A stretch of 64,000 bases of DNA from Eledone cirrhosa. Its lineage: Eukaryota. The stretch lies in NCBI GenBank assembly GCA_964016885.1, contig OZ024759.1, positions 682,001-746,000 on the forward strand. The letters are read 5' to 3'. Position 1 is the stretch's first letter. Each line of letters begins with the position of its first letter. Positions 50,501-62,500 of the stretch are shown one piece after another. The notes under the pieces are model-generated. The model was not told the origin of the DNA, ran no database searches, and saw nothing but the letters and a program-made list of their open reading frames with translations. The translations under genes and the position numbers were made by a program.

Positions 50501-53500
50501 CAAAGTCTATATTAGTAACATGACACAGTCTATATTAGTAACATGACACAGTCTATATTAGTAACATGACAAAGTCTATATTAGTAGCATGACAAAGTCT
50601 ATATTAGTAACATGACAAAGTCTATATTAGTAACATGACACAGTCTATATTAGTAACATGACACAGTCTATATTAGTAACATGACAGTCTATATTAGTAA
50701 CATGACAAAGTCTATATTAGTAGCATGACAAAGTCTATATTAGTAACATGACACAGTCTATATTAGTAACATGACAATCTATATTAGTAACATGACACAG
50801 TCTATATTAGTAACATGACAAAGTCTATATTAGTAGCATGACAAAGTCTATATTAGTAATATGACAGTCTATATTAGTAACATGACAAAGTCTATATTAG
50901 TAGCATGACAAAGTCTATATTAGTAGCATGACACAGTCTATATTAGTAACATGACACAGTCTATATTAGTAACATGACACAGTCTATATTAGTAACATGA
51001 TTAGGTCTATATAAGTAGCATGACAAAGTCTATATTAGTAACATGACAAAGTCTATATTAGTAACATGACACAGTCTATATTAGTAACATGACAAAGTCT
51101 ATATTAGTAACATGACAAAGTCTATATTAGTAACATGACACAGTCTATATTAGTAACATGACAAAGTCTATATTAGTAACATGACACTATCTATATTAGT
51201 AACTTGACAAAGTCTATATTAGTAACATGACACAGTCTATATTAGTAACATGACACAGTCTATATTAGTAACATGACAAAGTCTATATTAGTAGCATGAC
51301 AAAGTCTATATTAGTAACATGACAAAGTCTATATTAGTAACATGACACAGTCTATATTAGTAACATGACAAAGTCTATATTAGTAGCATGACAAAGTCTA
51401 TATTAGTAACATGACAAAGTCTATATTAGTAACATGACACAGTCTATATTAGTAACATGACAAAGTCTATATTAGTAACATGACACAGTCTATATTAGTA
51501 ACATGACAAAGTCTATATTAGTAGCATGACAAAGTCTATATTAGTAACATGACACAGTCTATATTAGTAACATGACAAAGTCTATATTAGTAACATGACA
51601 AAGTCTATATTAGTAACATGACAAAGTCTATATTAGTAACATGACAAAGTCTATATTAGTAACATGACACAGTCTATATTAGTAACATGACAGTCTATAT
51701 TAGTAGCATGACAAAGTCTATATTAGTAACATGACAAAGTCTATATTAGTAACATGACACAGTCTATATTAGTAACATGACACAGTCTATATTAGTAACA
51801 TGACACAGTGTATATTAGTAACATGACACAGTCTATATTAGTAACATGGCAAAGTCTATATTAGTAACATGACACAGTCTATATTAGTAACATGACAAGG
51901 TCTATATTAGTAACATGACACCGTCTATATTAGTAACATAACACAGTCTATATTAGTAACATGACAGTCTATATTAGTAACATGACAAAGTCTATATTAG
52001 TAGCATGACAAAGTCTATATTAGTAACATGACAAAGTCTATATTAGTAACATGACAAAGTCTATATTAGTAACATGACAAAGTCTATATTAGTAACATGA
52101 CACAGTCTATATTAGTAACATGACAGTCTATATTAGTAACATGACAAAGTCTATATTAGTAGCATGACAAAGTCTATATTAGTAACATGACACAGTCTAT
52201 ATTAGTAACATGACAATCTATATTCGTAACATGACACAGTCTATATTAGTAACATGACAAAGTCTATATTAGTAGCATGACAAAGTCTATATTAGTAACA
52301 TGACAGTCTATATTAGTAACATGACAAAGTCTATATTAGTAGCATGACAAAGTCTATTTTAGTAGCATGACACAGTCTATATTAGTAACATGACACAGTC
52401 TATATTAGTAACATGGCACAGTCTATATTAGTAACATGACAAAGTCTATATTAGTAGCATGACAAAGTCTATATTAGTAACATGACAAAGTCTATATTAG
52501 TAACATGACACAGTCTATATTAGTAACATGACAAAGTCTATATTAGTAACATGACAAAGTCTATATTAGTAACATGACACAGTCTATATTAGTAACATGA
52601 CACAGTCTATATTAGTAACATGACAGTCTATATTGTAACATGACACAGTCTATATTAGTAACATGACACAGTCTATATTAGTAACATGACAAAGTCTATA
52701 TTAGTAGCATGACACAGTCTATATTAGTAACATGACACAGTCTATATTAGTAACATGACAGTCTATATTAGTAACATGACAAAGTCTATATTAGTAGCAT
52801 GACAAAGTCTATATTAGTAACATGACACAGTCTATATTAGTAACATGACACTCTATATTAGTAACATGACACAGTCTATATTAGTAACATGACAAAGTCT
52901 ATATTAGTAGCATGACAAAGTCTATATTAGTAATATGACAGTCTATATTAGTAACATGACAAAGTCTATATTAGTAGCATGACAAAGTCTATATTAGTAG
53001 CATGACACAGTCTATATTAGTAACATGACACAGTCTATATTAGTAACATGACACAGTCTATATTAGTAACATGATTAGGTCTATATAAGTAGCATGACAA
53101 AGTCTATATTAGTAACATGACAAAGTCTATATTAGTAACATGACACAGTCTATATTAGTAACATGACAAAGTCTATATTAGTAACATGACAAAGTCTATA
53201 TTAGTAACATGACACAGTCTATATTAGTAACATGACAAAGTCTATATTAGTAACATGACACTATCTATATTAGTAACTTGACAAAGTCTATATTAGTAAC
53301 ATGACACAGTCTATATTAGTAACATGACACAGTCTATATTAGTAACATGACAAAGTCTATATTAGTAGCATGACAAAGTCTATATTAGTAACATGACAAA
53401 GTCTATATTAGTAACATGACACAGTCTATATTAGTAACATGACAAAGTCTATATTAGTAGCATGACAAAGTCTATATTAGTAACATGACAAAGTCTATAT

Positions 53501-56500
53501 TAGTAACATGACACAGTCTATATTAGTAACATGACAAAGTCTATATTAGTAACATGACACAGTCTATATTAGTAACATGACAAAGTCTATATTAGTAGCA
53601 TGACAAAGTCTATATTAGTAACATGACACAGTCTATATTAGTAACATGACAAAGTCTATATTAGTAACATGACAAAGTCTATATTAGTAACATGACAAAG
53701 TCTATATTAGTAACATGACAAAGTCTATATTAGTAGCATGACAAAGTCTATATTAGTAACATGACACAGTCTATATTAGTAACATGACAAAGTCTATATT
53801 AGTAACATGACAAAGTCTATATTAGTAACATGACAAAGTCTATATTAGTAACATGACAAAGTCTATATTAGTAACATGACACAGTCTATATTAGTAACAT
53901 GACAGTCTATATTAGTAGCATGACAAAGTCTATATTAGTAACATGACAAAGTCTATATTAGTAACATGACACAGTCTATATTAGTAACATGACACAGTCT
54001 ATATTAGTAACATGACACAGTGTATATTAGTAACATGACACAGTCTATATTAGTAACATGGCAAAGTCTATATTAGTAACATGACAAAGTCTATATTAGT
54101 AACATGACAAGGTCTATATTAGTAACATGACACCGTCTATATTAGTAACATAACACAGTCTATATTAGTAACATGACAGTCTATATTAGTAACATGACAA
54201 AGTCTATATTAGTAGCATGACAAAGTCTATATTAGTAACATGACACAGTCTATATTAGTAACATGACAAGGTCTATATTAGTAACATTACAAAGTCTATA
54301 TTAGTAACATGACAAAGTCTATATTAGTAACATGACAAAGTCTATATTAGTAACATGACACAGTCTATATTAGTAACATGACAGTCTATATTAGTAACAT
54401 GACAAAGTCTATATTAGTAGCATGACAAAGTCTATATTAGTAACATGACACAGTCTATATTAGTAACATGACAATCTATATTCGTAACATGACACAGTCT
54501 ATATTAGTAACATGACAAAGTCTATATTAGTAGCATGACAAAGTCTATATTAGTAACATGACAGTCTATATTAGTAACATGACAAAGTCTATATTAGTAG
54601 CATGACAAAGTCTATATTAGTAGCATGACACAGTCTATATTAGTAACATGACACAGTCTATATTAGTAACATGGCACAGTCTATATTAGTAACATGACAA
54701 AGTCTATATTAGTAGCATGACAAAGTCTATATTAGTAACATGACAAAGTCTATATTAGTAACATGACACAGTCTATATTAGTAACATGACAAAGTCTATA
54801 TTAGTAACATGACAAAGTCTATATTAGTAACATGACACAGTCTATATAAGTAACATGACACAGTCTATATTAGTAACATGACAGTCTATATTGTAACATG
54901 ACACAGTCTATATTAGTAACATGACACAGTCTATATTAGTAACATGACAAAGTCTATATTAGTAGCATGACACAGTCTATATTAGTAACATGACACAGTC
55001 TATATTAGTAACATGACAGTCTATATTAGTAACATGACAAAGTCTATATTAGTAGCATGACAAAGTCTATATTAGTAACATGACACAGTCTATATTAGTA
55101 ACATGACACTCTATATTAGTAACATGACACAGTCTATATTAGTAACATGACAAAGTCTATATTAGTAGCATGACAAAGTCTATATTAGTAATATGACAGT
55201 CTATATTAGTAACATGACAAAGTCTATATTAGTAGCATGACAAAGTCTATATTAGTAGCATGACACAGTCTATATTAGTAACATGACACAGTCTATATTA
55301 GTAACATGACACAGTCTATATTAGTAACATGATTAGGTCTATATAAGTAGCATGACAAAGTCTATATTAGTAACATGACAAAGTCTATATTAGTAACATG
55401 ACACAGTCTATATTAGTAACATGACAAAGTCTATATTAGTAACATGACAAAGTCTATATTAGTAACATGACACAGTCTATATTAGTAACATGACAAAGTC
55501 TATATTAGTAACATGACACTATCTATATTAGTAACTTGACAAAGTCTATATTAGTAACATGACACAGTCTATGTTAGTAACATGACACAGTCTATATTAG
55601 TAACATGACAAAGTCTATATTAGTAGCATGACAAAGTCTATATTAGTAACATGACAAAGTCTATATTAGTAACATGACACAGTCTATATTAGTAACATGA
55701 CAAAGTCTATATTAGTAGCATGACAAAGTCTATATTAGTAACATGACAAAGTCTATATTAGTAACATGACACAGTCTATATTAGTAACATGACAAAGTCT
55801 ATATTAGTAACATGACACAGTCTATATTAGTAACATGACAAAGTCTATATTAGTAGCATGACAAAGTCTATATTAGTAACATGACACAGTCTATATTAGT
55901 AACATGACAAAGTCTATATTAGTAACATGACAAAGTCTATATTAGTAACATGACAAAGTCTATATTAGTAACATGACAAAGTCTATATTAGTAACATGAC
56001 ACAGTCTATATTAGTAACATGACAGTCTATATTAGTAGCATGACAAAGTCTATATTAGTAACATGACAAAGTCTATATTAGTAACATGACACAGTCTATA
56101 TTAGTAACATGACACAGTCTATATTAGTAACATGACACAGTGTATATTAGTAACATGACACAGTCTATATTAGTAACATGGCAAAGTCTATATTAGTAAC
56201 ATGACAAAGTCTATATTAGTAACATGACAAGGTCTATATTAGTAACATGACACCGTCTATATTAGTAACATAACACAGTCTATATTAGTAACATGACAGT
56301 CTATATTAGTAACATGACAAAGTCTATATTAGTAGCATGACAAAGTCTATATTAGTAACATGACACAGTCTATATTAGTAACATCACAAAGTCTCTATTA
56401 GTAACATGACAAAGTCTATATTAGTAATATGACAGTCTATATTAGTAACATGACAATGTCTCTATTAGTAACATGACAAAGTCTATATTAGTAACATGAC

Positions 56501-59500
56501 AGTCTATATTAGTAACATGACAAAGTCTATATTAGTAACATGACAGTCTATATTGTAACATGACACAGTCTATATTAGTAACATGACACAGTCTATATTA
56601 GTAACATGACATAGTCTATATTAGTAACATGACAAAGTCTATATTAGTAACATGACAGTCTATATTGTAACATGACACAGTCTATATTAGTAACATGACA
56701 CAGTCTATATTAGTAACATGACAGTCTATATTAGTAACATGACAAAGTCTATATTACTAACATGACAAGGTCTATATTAGTAACATGACACCGTCTATAT
56801 TAGTAACATAACACAGTCTATATTAGTAACATGACAGTCTATATTAGTAACATGACACCGTCTATATTAGTAACATAACACAGTCTATATTAGTAACATG
56901 ACAGTCTATATTAGTAACATGACAAAGTCTATATTAGTAGCATGACAAAGTCTATATTAGTAACATGACACAGTCTATATTAGTAACATGACAAGGTCTA
57001 TATTAGTAACATGACAAAGTCTATATTAGTAACATGACAAAGTCTATATTAGTAACATGACACAGTCTATATTAGTAACATGACACAGTCTATATTAGTA
57101 ACATGACACAGTGTATATTAGTAACATGACACAGTCTATATTAGTAACATGGCAAAGTCTATATTAGTAACATGACAAAGTCTATATTAGTAACATGACA
57201 AGGTCTATATTAGTAACATGACAACGTCTATATTAGTAACATAACACAGTCTATATTAGTAACATGACAGTCTATATTAGTAACATGACAAAGTCTATAT
57301 TAGTAGCATGACAAAGTCTATATTAGTAACATGACACAGTCTATATTAGTAACATGACAAGGTCTATATTAGTAACATGACAAAGTCTATATTAGTAACA
57401 TGACAAAGTCTATATTAGTAACATGACAAAGTCTATATTAGTAACATGACACAGTCTATATTAGTAACATGACAGTCTATATTAGTAACATGACAAAGTC
57501 TATATTAGTAGCATGACAAAGTCTATATTAGTAACATGACACAGTCTATATTAGTAACATGACAATCTATATTCGTAACATGACACAGTCTATATTAGTA
57601 ACATGACAAAGTCTATATTAGTAATATGACAGTCTATATTAGTAACATGACAATGTCTCTATTAGTAACATGACAAAGCCTATATTAGTAACATGACAGT
57701 CTATATTAGTAACATGACAAAGTCTATATTAGTAACATGACAGTCTATATTGTAACATGACACAGTCTATATTAGTAACATGACACAGTCTATATTAGTA
57801 ACATGACATAGTCTATATTAGTAACATGACAAAGTCTATATTAGTAACATGACAGTCTATATTGTAACATGACACAGTCTATATTAGTAACATGACACAG
57901 TCTATATTAGTAACATGACAGTCTATATTAGTAACATGACAAAGTCTATATTACTAACATGACAAAGTCTATATTAGTAAAATGACACAGTCTATATTAG
58001 TAACATGACAAAGTCTATATTAGTAACATGACACAGTCTATATTAGTAACATGACATAGTCTATATTAGTAACATGACAAAGTCTATATTAGTAGCATGA
58101 CACAGTCTATATTAGTAACATGACACAGTCTATATTAGTAACATGACAGTCTATATTAGTAACATGACAAAGTCTATATTAGTAGCATGACAAAGTCTAT
58201 ATTAGTAACATGACACAGTCTATATTAGTAACATGACAGTCTATATTAGTAACATGACACAGTCTATATTAGTAACATGACAAAGTCTATATTAGTAGCA
58301 TGACAAAGTCTATATTAGTAACATGACAGTCTATATTAGTAACATGACAAAGTCTATATTAGTAGCATGACAAAGTCTATATTAGTAGCATGACACAGTC
58401 TATATTAGTAACATGACACAGTCTATATTAGTAACATGACACAGTCTATATTAGTAACATGACAAAGTCTATATTAGTAACATGACAAAGTCTATATTAG
58501 TAACATGAAACAGTCTATATTAGTAACATGACAAAGTCTATATTAGTAACATGACACTGTCTATATTAGTAACTTGACAAAGTCTATATTAGTAACATGA
58601 CACAGTCTATATTAGTAACATGACACAGTCTATATTAGTAACATGACAAAGTCTATATTAGTAGCATGACAAAGTCTATATTAGTAACATGACAAAGTCT
58701 ATATTAGTAACATGACACAGTCTATATTAGTAACATGACAAAGACTATATTAGTAACATGGCAGTCTATTTTAGTAACATGACAAAGTCTATATTAGTAA
58801 CATGACAGTCTATATTAGTAACATGACAGTCTATATTAGTAGCATGACAAAGTCTATATTAGTAACATGACACAGTCTATATTAGTAACATGACATAGTC
58901 TATATTAGTAACATGACACAGTCTATATTAGTAGCATGACAAAGTCTATATTAGTAACATGACAAAGTCTATATTAGTAACATGACACAGTCTATATTAG
59001 TACCATGACAAAGTCTATATTAGTAACATGACACAGTCTATATTAGTAGCATGACAAAGTCTATATTAGTAACATGACACAGTCTATATTAGTAACATGA
59101 CACAGTCTATATTAGTAACATGACAAAGTCTATATTAGTAACATGACAAAGTCTATATTACTAACATGACAAAGTCTATATTAGTAACATGACACAGTCT
59201 ATATTAGTAACATGACAAAGTCTATATTAGTAACATGACACAGTCTATATTAGTAACATGACACAGTCTATATTAGTAACATGACACAGTCTATATTAGT
59301 AACATGACAAAGTCTATATTAGTAACATGACAAAGTCTATATTAGTAACATGACAGTCTATATTAATAACATGACACAGTCTATATTAGTAACATGACAA
59401 AGTCTCTATTAGTAACATGACAAAGTCTATATTAGTAACATGACAGTCTATATTAGTAACATGACAAAGTCTCTATTAGTAACATGACAAAGTCTATATT

Positions 59501-62500
59501 AGTAACATGACAGTCTATATTAGTAACATGACAAAGTCTATATTAGTAACATGACAGTCTATATTGTAACATGACACAGTCTATATTAGTAACATGACAC
59601 AGTCTATATTTGTAACATGACATAGTCTATATTAGTAACATGACAAAGTCTATATTAGTAACATGACAGTCTATATTGTAACATGACACAGTCTATATTA
59701 GTAACATGACACAGTCTATATTAGTAACATGACAAAGTCTATATTAGTAGCATGACACAGTCTATATTAGTAACATGACACAGTCTATATTAGTAACATG
59801 ACAGTCTATATTAGTAACATGACAAAGTCTATATTAGTAGCATGACAAAGTCTATATTAGTAACATGACACAGTCTATATTAGTAACATGACAATCTATA
59901 TTAGTAACATGACACAGTCTATATTAGTAACATGACAAAGTCTATATTAGTAGCATGACAAAGTCTATATTAGTAATATGACAGTCTATATTAGTAACAT
60001 GACAAAGTCTATATTAGTAGCATGACAAAGTCTATATTAGTAGCATGACACAGTCTATATTAGTAACATGACACAGTCTATATTAGTAACATGACACAGT
60101 CTATATTAGTAACATGATTAGGTCTATATAAGTAGCATGACAAAGTCTATATTAGTAACATGACAAAGTCTATATTAGTAACATGACACAGTCTATATTA
60201 GTAACATGACAAAGTCTATATTAGTAACATGACAAAGTCTATATTAGTAACATGACACAGTCTATATTAGTAACATGACAAAGTCTATATTAGTAACATG
60301 ACACTATCTATATTAGTAACTTGACAAAGTCTATATTAGTAACATGACACAGTCTATATTAGTAACATGACACAGTCTATATTAGTAACATGACAAAGTC
60401 TATATTAGTAGCATGACAAAGTCTATATTAGTAACATGACAAAGTCTATATTAGTAACATGACACAGTCTATATTAGTAACATGACAAAGTCTATATTAG
60501 TAGCATGACAAAGTCTATATTAGTAACATGACAAAGTCTATATTAGTAACATGACACAGTCTATATTAGTAACATGACAAAGTCTATATTAGTAACATGA
60601 CACAGTCTATATTAGTAACATGACAAAGTCTATATTAGTAGCATGACAAAGTCTATATTAGTAACATGACACAGTCTATATTAGTAACATGACAAAGTCT
60701 ATATTAGTAACATGACAAAGTCTATATTAGTAACATGACAAAGTCTATATTAGTAACATGACAAAGTCTATATTAGTAACATGACACAGTCTATATTAGT
60801 AACATGACAGTCTATATTAGTAGCATGACAAAGTCTATATTAGTAACATGACAAAGTCTATATTAGTAACATGACACAGTCTATATTAGTAACATGACAC
60901 AGTCTATATTAGTAACATGACACCGTCTATATTAGTAACATAACACAGTCTATATTAGTAACATGACAGTCTATATTAGTAACATGACAAAGTCTATATT
61001 AGTAGCATGACAAAGTCTATATTAGTAACATGACACAGTCTATATTAGTAACATGACAAGGTCTATATTAGTAACATGACAAAGTCTATATTAGTAACAT
61101 GACAAAGTCTATATTAGTAACATGACAAAGTCTATATTAGTAACATGACACAGTCTATATTAGTAACATGACAGTCTATATTAGTAACATGACAAAGTCT
61201 ATATTAGTAGCATGACAAAGTCTATATTAGTAACATGACACAGTCTATATTAGTAACATGACAATCTATATTCGTAACATGACACAGTCTATATTAGTAA
61301 CATGACAAAGTCTATATTAGTAGCATGACAAAGTCTATATTAGTAACATGACAGTCTATATTAGTAACATGACAAAGTCTATATTAGTAGCATGACAAAG
61401 TCTATATTAGTAGCATGACACAGTCTATATTATTAACATGACACAGTCTATATTAGTAACATGGCACAGTCTATATTAGTAACATGACAAAGTCTATATT
61501 AGTAGCATGACAAAGTCTATATTAGTAACATGACAAAGTCTATATTAGTAACATGACACAGTCTATATTAGTAACATGACAAAGTCTATATTAGTAACAT
61601 GACAAAGTCTATATTAGTAACATGACACAGTCTATATTAGTAACATGACAGTCTATATTGTAACATGACACAGTCTATATTAGTAACATGACACAGTCTA
61701 TATTAGTAACATGACAAAGTCTATATTAGTAGCATGACACAGTCTATATTAGTAACATGACACAGTCTATATTAGTAACATGACAGTCTATATTAGTAAC
61801 ATGACAAAGTCTATATTAGTAGCATGACAAAGTCTATATTAGTAACATGACACAGTCTATATTAGTAACATGACAATCTATATTAGTAACATGACACAGT
61901 CTATATTAGTAACATGACAAAGTCTATATTAGTAGCATGACAAAGTCTATATTAGTAATATGACAGTCTATATTAGTAACATGACAAAGTCTATATTAGT
62001 AGCATGACAAAGTCTATATTAGTAGCATGACACAGTCTATATTAGTAACATGACACAGTCTATATTAGTAACATGACACAGTCTATATTAGTAACATGAT
62101 TAGGTCTATATAAGTAGCATGACAAAGTCTATATTAGTAACATGACAAAGTCTATATTAGTAACATGACACAGTCTATATTAGTAACATGACAAAGTCTA
62201 TATTAGTAACATGACAAAGTCTATATTAGTAACATGACACAGTCTATATTAGTAACATGACAAAGTCTATATTAGTAACATGACACTATCTATATTAGTA
62301 ACTTGACAAAGTCTATATTAGTAACATGACACAGTCTATATTAGTAACATGACACAGTCTATATTAGTAACATGACAAAGTCTATATTAGTAGCATGACA
62401 AAGTCTATATTAGTAACATGACAAAGTCTATATTAGTAACATGACACAGTCTATATTAGTAACATGACACAGTCTATATTAGTAACATGACAGTCTATAT